NCBI GenBank assembly: GCA_045603105.1
Contig: JAZULM010000020.1
Location: 1,284-65,283 of the forward strand
Length of the DNA stretch: 64,000 bases
Origin: Ruminococcus sp.
GTDB lineage: Bacteria > Bacillota > Clostridia > Oscillospirales > Acutalibacteraceae
Reading direction: 5' to 3'
In this document: positions 8,520 through 17,136 of the stretch, in pieces
Layout: each line of letters begins with the position of its first letter
Position numbering within the stretch: position 1 is the first letter of the stretch
The notes under the pieces: generated by a model
Seen by the model: only the letters and a program-made list of their open reading frames with translations
What the model was told of the DNA's origin: nothing
Database searches by the model: none
Translations under genes and position numbers: made by a program

Positions 8520-10387
8520 ATTAAATCGTATATTAAATTAATAATAAAGCATATCACCGAGCCGGTTATAAACGGTATTACAATCGATAGAAGTGTCCAC
8601 ACTGTACTTTTTGTTTCTTTTTTTATAGCGAAACAAGTTGTCGAACAAGGGAAGTGCATCAAACACATTATACAGGTACATAATGCAGTTTTAAAAGTCC
8701 ATCCGTTCGATATGAGTATAGAACTTAATTCTGACATAGAATTATAATCTGTAAGCATAGCACCTGACAAGTATGACATCAGTATTATCGGAATTACAAT
8801 TTCATTTGCAGGAAAACCAAGAATAAAAGCAGCAAGTATTGTTCCGTCGATACCAATTATTATGGCGTATTTATCTAATATTGTAGTAAAATACTCAAGT
8901 AAGGATATATTGTTTATGTTAAAATATGATAGAGACCATATTATTACTCCTGCTATGGCTGATACAATAATTGCTCTCCATAAAATATATAGAATTTTGT
9001 TTTTGAAAGTTAACAGTATTGTCTTAATAAACTGAGGTCTTCGAAAGGGAGGCAATTCAATAATAAAAGGGGAGGCCTTTTCCTTAGAAAAAAACTTTGA
9101 GAGTATCAAAGATAATATCAGCGTGATTATTACAGAGAAAATGATTAACAACAACAATATTAAAGTTGAAATGAATGATTTTTTATATCCGTAGTAGTTA
9201 CTAGAAAAAAATATTGAGATTAAACATATCAGAGTTGGCAGTCTTCCGTTACAAGGAATTAAACTGTTCGTTAGTATAGCAATATTTCTGTCTTTAGGTG
9301 ATGCTATAATTCTGCATCCCATAACACCGCAGGCGTTACATCCAAAGCCCATAAGCATTGTAAGACTTTGTTTCCCATTAGTACCAAATATACTGAATAA
9401 CCTATCAAGATTAAATGCTATTCTCGGTAAATATCCAAAATCTTCTAACAAAGCAAATAACGGAAAGAATATTGATGCAGGCGGAAGCATAACAGAAATC
9501 ACCCAGGAAATAGTGGTGTATATTCCATCGATCATCAAACTTCTGACCATATCGTTTATACCAATTCTTAATATTAACTCATTAAGATAATTTTTACACA
9601 GATTAAAGAATTCAAACAATAAATCAGAGGGTAGATTTGCACCATATACAGTCAGCCAAAATATTAGTGCAAAAACTAAAATCATGATTGGAATACCCGT
9701 AAACTTAGAAGTAAATAAATTATCGAGTATTCTATCTCTTTTTGTATATACTTCACCTTTTACACCAACAACAGACTTTGTTATTTTATTAGCAAGAACT
9801 GCGATTTGCTCTGTTAATTCTTCATCGGATATACTATTTTCATTTAACATCTTAAAATCGTTCACACAATAGGTCATGATTTTATTCTCTGCCACTTTTA
9901 CCGACGTTTCGATTAGTTTCTTTATTCCATATTTATTTCGCGCTGAGGTCTCAATTACAGGAATTCCGAGCATTAGCGATAACTCATCGGTATCAATAAA
10001 ATAACCTCGTCTTTGAGCTTCATCAATCATATTTAGACATAATACGGCTTTGTTTGTTTTTTGCAGTATTTGTATTGTAAGCAATAAGTTTCTCTCTAAA
10101 GAGGTAGCATCGACTACGATAATTATACAGTCATAGTCATCACTAAGTACAAAGTCATCTGTAATCTTTTCTTCGGGAGAATCATAAAGCATTGAATAAC
10201 TGCCGGGTAAGTCTATCACAGTAATTGTCTTTTCTTTTGTCTTAATTTCGCCATAAGCTACATCTACTGTTTTTCCTGACCAATTTCCCGTATGTTGATT
10301 CATTCCCGTAAGCGCGTTAAATATACTGCTTTTACCAACGTTAGGATTACCTGCAAGTGCTATTACTGTGTTATTAGAGCAATTCAC
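8516..10387 (-). CDS. feoB: Ferrous iron transport protein B (short form)
   Basis: ALAGNPNVGKS, GNWSGKTV and DLPGSYS G-domain motifs; gate/TM region with FFPLFALLEDFGYLPR and GFGCN. Confidence 0.9.
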   Translation of the reverse strand: MNCSNNTVIALAGNPNVGKSSIFNALTGMNQHTGNWSGKTVDVAYGEIKTKEKTITVIDLPGSYSMLYDSPEEKITDDFVLSDDYDCIIIVVDATSLERNLLLTIQILQKTNKAVLCLNMIDEAQRRGYFIDTDELSLMLGIPVIETSARNKYGIKKLIETSVKVAENKIMTYCVNDFKMLNENSISDEELTEQIAVLANKITKSVVGVKGEVYTKRDRILDNLFTSKFTGIPIMILVFALIFWLTVYGANLPSDLLFEFFNLCKNYLNELILRIGINDMVRSLMIDGIYTTISWVISVMLPPASIFFPLFALLEDFGYLPRIAFNLDRLFSIFGTNGKQSLTMLMGFGCNACGVMGCRIIASPKDRNIAILTNSLIPCNGRLPTLICLISIFFSSNYYGYKKSFISTLILLLLIIFSVIITLILSLILSKFFSKEKASPFIIELPPFRRPQFIKTILLTFKNKILYILWRAIIVSAIAGVIIWSLSYFNINNISLLEYFTTILDKYAIIIGIDGTILAAFILGFPANEIVIPIILMSYLSGAMLTDYNSMSELSSILISNGWTFKTALCTCIMCLMHFPCSTTCFAIKKETKSTVWTLLSIVIPFITGSVICFIINLIYDLI

Positions 10388-10393
10388 AATAAA

Positions 10394-10627
10394 TCACCCT
10401 AAGATTTCAATATTTATAAATTTTGCATCAGAATCTCTGAGTCCGACAATTGTATTCTTTGTCAGATAAGCTTTCAGTTTTCCGCTTATACTTTCTTGTA
10501 CCACAGTAACTTCAGTATTTTTTGTGAAGCCCATATCCTGAATTCTGTTCTTTTGTTTACATATTTTATCTATAAAAACAATTCTTCCTGATTGCCCTTT
10601 TTTCAGTTCATTCAACGTATTAGACAT
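10394..10627 (-). CDS. feoA: Ferrous iron transport protein A
   Basis: TLNELKKGQSGRI...RIQDMGF...SH3-like FeoA pattern; ATG at 10627 with SD AAGGTGA; upstream of feoB. Confidence 0.85.
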   Translation of the reverse strand: MSNTLNELKKGQSGRIVFIDKICKQKNRIQDMGFTKNTEVTVVQESISGKLKAYLTKNTIVGLRDSDAKFINIEILG

Positions 10628-10725
10628 AATGAAATCACCTTCTAAATGTATTCGCACATTACATTTTATTCTATATTAATGATACTGTTACTTTTTACTT
10701 TTAATTGTAGAAGATATATGATATA

Positions 10726-10752
10726 ATATAGCGAGAGTATTTTGCATACATT
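10726..10752 (+). promoter_or_regulatory. Putative SigE promoter
   Basis: ATA (10726-10728), 16 bp, CATACATT (10745-10752) fits the SigE consensus ATA-N16-18-CATACAxT; upstream of a CwlD-like gene. Confidence 0.5.
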
Positions 10753-10768
10753 TATACAGGTGATATAA

Positions 10769-11485
10769 ATGTATAAAAAAGTTTATCTGATAATTTCCTC
10801 AATGTTTCTTATTTTAGGAATATTATTTGTAGGATACAACAATGTAAATAAGAAAACACAGCATGTTTTTACTGATACATCGACTCACAACCCGACAATC
10901 ATTATTGATGCAGGTCATGGGCTTGAAGATGGGGGAGCAGTATCAAAAAACGGACTAATGGAAAAAGATATTAATCTTGAGATAGCCTTATCTCTCGAAA
11001 AGTTTTTATCTCAAGGCGGATTTAAAGTTGTAATGATTCGTTCAACAGATACCGCTATTTATGACGATACAGCTCAAACTTTACGTGATAAAAAGGTATC
11101 AGACATTCACAATCGAAGTGAAATATGTAACAATAGTGAAAATAATATATTTATCAGTATCCATCAAAACTTTTTCACACAAAGTCAGTATAAAGGCACT
11201 CAGATATTCTTTTCAAAAAATGATCCTGAAAGTAAAACACTCGCCGAATGTATCAAAAGGTCTGTTGTAGATTTTCTTCAGAATGATAACGAACGCCAAT
11301 GCAAACAAGCAGATGAAAACATCTATATTTTAGATAAAGCAACCGTACCCGCAATATTAATTGAATGCGGATTTTTATCAAATGCAGAAGAAACAAAACT
11401 TTTAGCATCGAAAGAGTACAGAAACAAATTATCATATTGTATTTACATTGGATTTTTACAGTATTACAACGAAAATATAAAATAA
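10769..11485 (+). CDS. cwlD: N-acetylmuramoyl-L-alanine amidase, CwlD-like (Amidase_3)
   Basis: N-terminal TM segment; IIIDAGHGLEDGGA, EKDINLEIA, FISIHQN, PAILIECGFLSN. Confidence 0.75.
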   Translation: MYKKVYLIISSMFLILGILFVGYNNVNKKTQHVFTDTSTHNPTIIIDAGHGLEDGGAVSKNGLMEKDINLEIALSLEKFLSQGGFKVVMIRSTDTAIYDDTAQTLRDKKVSDIHNRSEICNNSENNIFISIHQNFFTQSQYKGTQIFFSKNDPESKTLAECIKRSVVDFLQNDNERQCKQADENIYILDKATVPAILIECGFLSNAEETKLLASKEYRNKLSYCIYIGFLQYYNENIK

Positions 11486-11491
11486 GGAAGT

Positions 11492-12856
11492 GTGAAAATG
11501 GCAAAAGTTAAAAGTGTTTATATTTGCAGCGAATGCGGATACGAATCTCCCAAATGGTATGGCAAATGTCCGTCTTGTGGCGAATGGAACACTATGAATG
11601 AAGAAGTTGTAAGCAAAACAGATTCTTCATCCATCGGCAAAAAAACCGCTGTATATTCAAAGCCCGTAACAATAACAGAAATCTCAACAACCGATGAACA
11701 TAGATATGTAACAAGTATTTCAGAACTTGACAGAGTGCTTGGTGGCGGAATCGTAAAGGGTAGCCTTATTCTTCTTGGCGGTGATCCCGGTATAGGAAAA
11801 TCAACTATTTTACTTCAGATCTGCAAGAGTCTATGTAATAATCTAAAGATATTATACGTTTCAGGCGAAGAATCAAAACGTCAGTTAAAACTCAGAGCAG
11901 CACGTCTTAATGCAGAGAGCGATAATCTTCTCGTATTAACAGAAACAGATGCGCAAGTTATCGCCGAGGTTATTCGTACAGACAAGCCCGATATGGTAAT
12001 GATCGACTCGATTCAGACTATGTCCATTTCTGAGATCAGTTCTTCACCCGGAAGCGTTACACAGGTCAGAGAATGTACAAACTTTCTGATGAGAGTTGCA
12101 AAAAGTATGGATATACCTATGTTTATTGTAGGCCACGTTAATAAAGAAGGTTCAATTGCAGGTCCTAAGGTTTTGGAACATATTGTAGATGCTGTACTGT
12201 ATTTTGAAGGCGATAAGCAAATGTCTTACAGAATTCTTCGTGCTGTTAAAAACAGATATGGTTCTACTAACGAAATCGGCGTATTTCAGATGAACGATAC
12301 AGGTCTTGAAGAAGTAGAAAACCCATCTATGGTACTTCTGTCAGGTAGACCAAAAAATGTATCCGGAACATGTGTAGCCTGCACAATGGAAGGCACACGT
12401 CCCATACTCGCTGAAGTTCAAGGACTTGCTTCTGCCTCAGCGTTTGGTAATCCCAGACGAATGTCCACAGGTTTTGATTACAGCAGGATGTCTTTAATCG
12501 TAGCAGTACTTGAAAAAAGAGCAGGATACTATTTCTCTAATTCAGATGTATACATAAATGTTATCGGAGGACTCAGACTTGACGAGCCTGCAACAGATCT
12601 TGCTGTTGCCATGTCGCTTGTTTCAAGCCTTAAAGATATCCCGATAGCAGATAATTCTATTGCATTTGGAGAAATCGGACTTGCAGGTGAAATAAGAAGC
12701 GTTGCTCACGCACAAGACAGAATTAACGAGGCCTCCAGACTTGGTTTCACAAAAATAGTCATCCCGTATCATAATCTCAAAAACGTACAGATTCCACAAG
12801 GCGTAGAAGTTATCGGAGTAAAGAATATACGCGAGGCTTTTGATGCACTTACTTAA
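11492..12856 (+). CDS. radA: DNA repair protein RadA/Sms
   Basis: CSECG...CPSC zinc finger, GDPGIGKST Walker A, KNRYG motif, Lon-like C-terminal domain. Confidence 0.96.
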   Translation: MKMAKVKSVYICSECGYESPKWYGKCPSCGEWNTMNEEVVSKTDSSSIGKKTAVYSKPVTITEISTTDEHRYVTSISELDRVLGGGIVKGSLILLGGDPGIGKSTILLQICKSLCNNLKILYVSGEESKRQLKLRAARLNAESDNLLVLTETDAQVIAEVIRTDKPDMVMIDSIQTMSISEISSSPGSVTQVRECTNFLMRVAKSMDIPMFIVGHVNKEGSIAGPKVLEHIVDAVLYFEGDKQMSYRILRAVKNRYGSTNEIGVFQMNDTGLEEVENPSMVLLSGRPKNVSGTCVACTMEGTRPILAEVQGLASASAFGNPRRMSTGFDYSRMSLIVAVLEKRAGYYFSNSDVYINVIGGLRLDEPATDLAVAMSLVSSLKDIPIADNSIAFGEIGLAGEIRSVAHAQDRINEASRLGFTKIVIPYHNLKNVQIPQGVEVIGVKNIREAFDALT

Positions 12857-13550
12857 TGATAGAATAGTATATATTTCGTCAGAAGATATCAGTATTATAA
12901 ACGCTCTAACAACCCTTGGAATAAAAGTAATTGAGAGTGAATCAGTTAAAGAATTACTGCTTAATGAACAAAGACACGCTGATATGCAGATGTTAGTTAT
13001 CAATGAAACTGCATTTATTCCTGAGAATATCTGTTCAATCAAATACATCATAGAGAAATACTTTAACGAAATAATTGTGTGTAATTCACTTCAAAAAGAT
13101 TACCCTGACAATATATCACTTAATGCTGCATTAGTAGGTAATTATCTGTTTTGCAAAGAAGATTCATTAGCTAAAGAAGTTAGAGAATATTGCACTGATA
13201 ATAGCATTGAGATAGTAAATGTAAAGCAAGGTTATACCAAATGCTCAACACTGATTGTTAGCAACAATGCCATAATTACCGCAGATAAAGGAATGCATCA
13301 TCAAGCTAAATTAAAAGGTATTGATTCTCTTTTAATAACTCCGGGATACATTCATCTGAAAGACGCAAATTACGGCTTTATCGGCGGATGTTCAGGCAAA
13401 ATAGGGGAGTACATCCTCTTTTTTGGCGATATTAAGTATCATCCTGACTCTGATATAATCTGTGATTTTATCAGCGATAAGGGATGCAAGTATATCAATT
13501 TATCCGATGCTCAACTGAACGATATTGGTGGTTTGGTCCTCATTAGTTGA
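12840..13550 (+). CDS. Conserved hypothetical protein (resembles DUF6873, GME/pentein fold)
   Basis: 236-aa ORF overlapping the radA end; HADMQ, QGYTKCS, GFIGGCSG and DIGG motifs recalled from this clostridial family. Confidence 0.5.
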   Translation: MMHLLNDRIVYISSEDISIINALTTLGIKVIESESVKELLLNEQRHADMQMLVINETAFIPENICSIKYIIEKYFNEIIVCNSLQKDYPDNISLNAALVGNYLFCKEDSLAKEVREYCTDNSIEIVNVKQGYTKCSTLIVSNNAIITADKGMHHQAKLKGIDSLLITPGYIHLKDANYGFIGGCSGKIGEYILFFGDIKYHPDSDIICDFISDKGCKYINLSDAQLNDIGGLVLIS

Positions 13551-13565
13551 ATAAAAAATAAATAC

Positions 13566-13597
13566 AGCAGGTATCTGTTAAATTACAAATACCTGCT
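13566..13597. terminator. Bidirectional terminator
   Basis: AGCAGGTAT...ATACCTGCT inverted repeat between convergent genes, with T-rich flanks on both strands. Confidence 0.7.
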
Positions 13598-13847
13598 AAT
13601 TTTTTCGAACGCCATTCGAACATATGTTTATAGGTGAGAAGTTATCCGATAAACCGAGAATGTAGTCAGAGGGAACACGGTATATTTTTGAAAGTTTTAT
13701 TAGTAAATGGATAGGTAACTCACGAACGCCATTTTCATACTTAGAATATTGTTCCTGACGTATACAAAGTATATATGCAATATCAGCCTGTGTATAGGAA
13801 TACAATTTTCTGAGTTCTTTAAGTCTTATACAGTATATAAACTTCAT
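13596..13847 (-). CDS. XRE-family helix-turn-helix transcriptional regulator
   Basis: RLKELRK...TQADIAYILCIRQEQYSKYENGVRELP...LSKIY.VPSDYILGLSD, a classic HTH_3 pattern. Confidence 0.85.
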   Translation of the reverse strand: MKFIYCIRLKELRKLYSYTQADIAYILCIRQEQYSKYENGVRELPIHLLIKLSKIYRVPSDYILGLSDNFSPINICSNGVRKN

Positions 13848-14120
13848 ACAAACATCCTTATAGAAATCTTTATTTTCAAACAGACATAACAGAATATGTG
13901 CAAATGAATATATATAGTATAATAAAAAAGAAAAAATAAGTTTGTAGAAAAAAGAATCAATAAATAAAATATATTATTTAAAATAGAAATTTTAAGAAGG
14001 AAGTAATAAAAAATTTGAAACATATAAGTAATAGATATATTATATTTAAATTACAGTTAAGTAGATGTAAAATCCTAAAAATAACCTAAATTCAATAATT
14101 TTTATATTAAACCCTCCCCT

Positions 14121-14152
14121 AAATTATACAAAATATTCATTTTGTATAATTT
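14121..14152. other. Perfect 14-bp inverted repeat; candidate dif-like recombination site or operator
   Basis: AAATTATACAAAAT-attc-ATTTTGTATAATTT, 68 bp upstream of the recombinase ATG; can be read as arms plus a 6-bp core TATTCA. Confidence 0.5.
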
Positions 14153-14164
14153 TCTTATAAAGAA

Positions 14165-14192
14165 TTTACACGCCTATTTTATATGTTATAAT
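14165..14192 (+). promoter_or_regulatory. SigA promoter for the recombinase
   Basis: TTTACA (14165-14170), 16 bp, extended -10 TGtTATAAT (14187-14192). Confidence 0.6.
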
Positions 14193-14220
14193 AAGAAAAA
14201 CTTTATATTGGAGTACTGAT

Positions 14221-15201
14221 ATGGTTAATTTTAGAAATGAAGCACCACCAATAATTAAAGATTACCTATTCTATCTTCAGACTGTAAAAGAAAAATCACA
14301 GAAAACTGTTGACGAGTATTATATCGATCTTCGAACCTTTTTCAGATTTATAAAACAACAGCGTGATTTAGTTTCTCCTGAGCTTCCTTTTGAAGAAATT
14401 AAAATTGATGATGTTGACATTGAGTTAGTTCGTAGCGTTACATTACAAGATGCTTACGAATTTATGAATTACGCAAAGGTTGACCGTCATAACAACAGTT
14501 CCACAAGACTCAGGAAGTCCTCTGCCCTACGCGGCTTTTTTAATTATTTATGTGTTAAGAAAGGCTTACTTGCAAACGATCCTTTAAAAGAATTAGAAAC
14601 CCCAAAACAAAAGAAAAGCTTACCAAAATATCTTACACTCGAACAAAGTATCGAACTATTAGAATCTGTGGACGGACCTCACAAAGAGCGTGATTACTGT
14701 ATTATTACGCTATTTTTGAACTGTGGCCTGCGTTTGTCGGAACTTGTTGGACTTAATGTTAGCGATATACGTACCGATAACACAGCACGAGTTATCGGTA
14801 AAGGTAATAAAGAGAGAATTATCTATCTTAATGACGCTTGTATTACGGCTATAAAAGATTATCTTACAATACGCCCCGTTGACAGATTAAAAGACAGAAA
14901 TGCACTGTTTATCAGTAATCAGATGAAAAGAATGAGTCCCAAAACTGTTCAAGCACTTGTATATAAATATCTGGAGAAAATCGGTCTTGACTCACAAGGA
15001 TACTCATGTCATAAACTCCGCCATACTGCCGCTACACTTATGTATCAACACGGCAACGTTGATATACGAGTATTAAAGGAAATTCTTGGTCACGAAAATC
15101 TTGGTACCACAGAAATTTACACTCACCTTAGTTCTGAACAAATGGAAACTGCGGCTAATTCTAATCCCCTGTCTAAAGTAAATAAAAAGAAAAAGACATA
15201 A
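14221..15201 (+). CDS. Tyrosine recombinase, XerC/XerS-like
   Basis: Catalytic R (CGLRLSEL), K (GKGNKER), HxxR (HKLRH), H (LGH) and Y (TEIYTH); N-terminal core-binding domain with a long insertion. Confidence 0.9.
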   Translation: MVNFRNEAPPIIKDYLFYLQTVKEKSQKTVDEYYIDLRTFFRFIKQQRDLVSPELPFEEIKIDDVDIELVRSVTLQDAYEFMNYAKVDRHNNSSTRLRKSSALRGFFNYLCVKKGLLANDPLKELETPKQKKSLPKYLTLEQSIELLESVDGPHKERDYCIITLFLNCGLRLSELVGLNVSDIRTDNTARVIGKGNKERIIYLNDACITAIKDYLTIRPVDRLKDRNALFISNQMKRMSPKTVQALVYKYLEKIGLDSQGYSCHKLRHTAATLMYQHGNVDIRVLKEILGHENLGTTEIYTHLSSEQMETAANSNPLSKVNKKKKT

Positions 15202-15223
15202 CCATTTATCGGTTATGTCTTTT
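15191..15223. terminator. Bidirectional terminator between the recombinase and lysA
   Basis: AAAAGACATAACC-atttatc-GGTTATGTCTTTT. Confidence 0.85.
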
Positions 15224-15226
15224 ATT

Positions 15227-16528
15227 TTATATATCGTTGCTAATTATATCATCATACGATTCTCTCTGAACTACAACTCTTGAATATCCGTTAGATACCA
15301 TTACAACAGCAGGTCTCGGAATACGATTATAGTTAGATGCCATAGAATAATTATAAGCGCCGGTAGATAAAACTGCGAGGACGTCCCCTACCTTAGTTTT
15401 TGGCAAACATACGTTCTCTTGTATCAGATCTCCGCTTTCACAACATCTGCCTGCAATAGTTGCAACCATATCATTTGGCAAATTGCCTCTGATAGCGTTA
15501 ATAACAGTATATTCGGCCTGATAAAGCGCATATCTGATATTGTCACCCATACCCCCATCAATAGAGATATATGTTCGCACATCAGGAATATCCTTAATAC
15601 CGCCTACTGTATAAAGTGTAACTCCTGCATCACCAACAATTGATCTGCCGGGTTCAAATGATATTATAGGCATATCGATATCAAGTTCAGCCGCTTTATT
15701 TTTAATCATTTCAGCCACAGGCTCAAGATGATTATCAAAGGACAGAGGTGTATCACTATCGATATACTTTATACCAAAACCACCACCGAGATTAAGTTCA
15801 CCTACAGTAACATTATACTTAATAGTAATAGACTTAATATAGTCCATCATTATTGAGGCAGCATCGACAAAAGGCTCAACGTCAAAAATCTGAGAACCGA
15901 TGTGACAATGTAAGGCTGTCAGTTTAAGATTTTGACATTTTACAGCTTTTGATACAGCCTCGTCAGCCTCACCATTTTCTATAGCAAAACCGAATTTAGA
16001 GTCGATCTGCCCTGTTTTGATGTATTCGTGAGTATGTGCTTCAACACCGGGTTTAATTCTGAGTGCGATGTTTACAACCTTGCCAAAAGTTTCAGCTATT
16101 CTATCCAGAACATCGAGTTCTGTGAGGTTGTCAACAATAATGAGTCCGACATTATTTTCAACAGCCATTTTTAACTCTGATAAGATCTTGTTATTGCCGT
16201 GAAAATTGATTCTCTCTGCAGGAAAACCTGCTTTTAGTGCTGTGTAAAGTTCTCCGCCTGAAACTACGTCAACGCCGATTTTTTCTTCATTTGTTATTCT
16301 GTAAATTTCAAGGCAAGAAAAAGCTTTACTCGCATAATAAGCGCGACCTTTTCCATCAAAATACTTATTTATAGCACTTAGGAACGATCTGCAATTATTT
16401 CTTATAACATCTTCATTCATAACATATAAAGGTGTGCCGTACTTATTAGCCAAAGCCTCAGCATCACAACCTGCTATATATAGATGTCCGTTGTCAGCAA
16501 TATACTGGCCTGGATTAAGCATAATCAT
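15227..16528 (-). CDS. lysA: Diaminopimelate decarboxylase
   Basis: YYASKAF PLP lysine, DVVSGGEL, HCHIGSQIF, EPGRSIV, GRCCESGD, GAYNYSMASNYN. Confidence 0.96.
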   Translation of the reverse strand: MIMLNPGQYIADNGHLYIAGCDAEALANKYGTPLYVMNEDVIRNNCRSFLSAINKYFDGKGRAYYASKAFSCLEIYRITNEEKIGVDVVSGGELYTALKAGFPAERINFHGNNKILSELKMAVENNVGLIIVDNLTELDVLDRIAETFGKVVNIALRIKPGVEAHTHEYIKTGQIDSKFGFAIENGEADEAVSKAVKCQNLKLTALHCHIGSQIFDVEPFVDAASIMMDYIKSITIKYNVTVGELNLGGGFGIKYIDSDTPLSFDNHLEPVAEMIKNKAAELDIDMPIISFEPGRSIVGDAGVTLYTVGGIKDIPDVRTYISIDGGMGDNIRYALYQAEYTVINAIRGNLPNDMVATIAGRCCESGDLIQENVCLPKTKVGDVLAVLSTGAYNYSMASNYNRIPRPAVVMVSNGYSRVVVQRESYDDIISNDI

Positions 16529-17118
16529 TCATCTCCGATTCCTAAATACCTGTCAATAACGTCTCTTACTTCCTGAGTACCTTCCCCATTGAGTGCAGAA
16601 AAAGGAATTGATTCAACATCATATTCAGAAAGCAAATCTTTATAAAACTCAATTTGTTTTGCAAGTTCTGTTTTGTTGAGTTTATCTTTTTTAGTGAGAA
16701 CTACTACAAACGGAAATCCCATTGAGCTGAGATACTCAATCATCTGAATATCATCATTAGTGGGCTTATGACGAATATCACAAATCTGAACAACCAATGC
16801 AAAATTTCTGTTGTCTGCAAAGTATCCTTCAACAAGTTCAGCCCAACGTTCTTTTTCGGCTCTGGACACCTTAGCATATCCATATCCGGGAAGGTCAACC
16901 AACATAAACTCTTTAAGAGAAAAGAAGTTGATAGTCGCGGTTTTTCCGGGAGTTGCACTGACGCGAGCAAGGTTTTTTCTGTTAGTTATTCTGTTAATAA
17001 GCGAAGATTTACCTACGTTTGATCTGCCCGAAAAAACAACCTCAGGCATCAGCGATGCAGGAAGTTGAGATGATGTTCCACAAGCAACTTCAAAATTAAC
17101 ATTATTTATATCCATCAT
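16525..17118 (-). CDS. yihA: Ribosome biogenesis GTPase YihA/YsxC
   Basis: GRSNVGKSS, DLPGYGYAKVS, TKKDK; follows lon. Confidence 0.95.
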   Translation of the reverse strand: MMDINNVNFEVACGTSSQLPASLMPEVVFSGRSNVGKSSLINRITNRKNLARVSATPGKTATINFFSLKEFMLVDLPGYGYAKVSRAEKERWAELVEGYFADNRNFALVVQICDIRHKPTNDDIQMIEYLSSMGFPFVVVLTKKDKLNKTELAKQIEFYKDLLSEYDVESIPFSALNGEGTQEVRDVIDRYLGIGDE

Positions 17119-17136
17119 TATGCTCCAATTAGTTTA

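Noticed and set aside
14023-14050. Weak canonical dif look-alike (TATAAGTAATA-GATATA-TTATATTTAAA)
   Set aside because: The right arm matches TTATGTTAAAT at 8 of 11 positions but the left arm is poor; such matches are expected by chance in nearly pure A/T sequence.
13596-15201. XRE repressor plus tyrosine recombinase as the end of a prophage or ICE
   Set aside because: No excisionase, relaxase, phage or cargo genes, and no flanking direct repeats seen. The tRNA duplication at 3.5 kb brackets only 58 bp, so it cannot be an attL/attR pair for this region.
16525-16528. Lysine riboswitch before lysA
   Set aside because: lysA overlaps yihA by 4 bp, leaving no leader.
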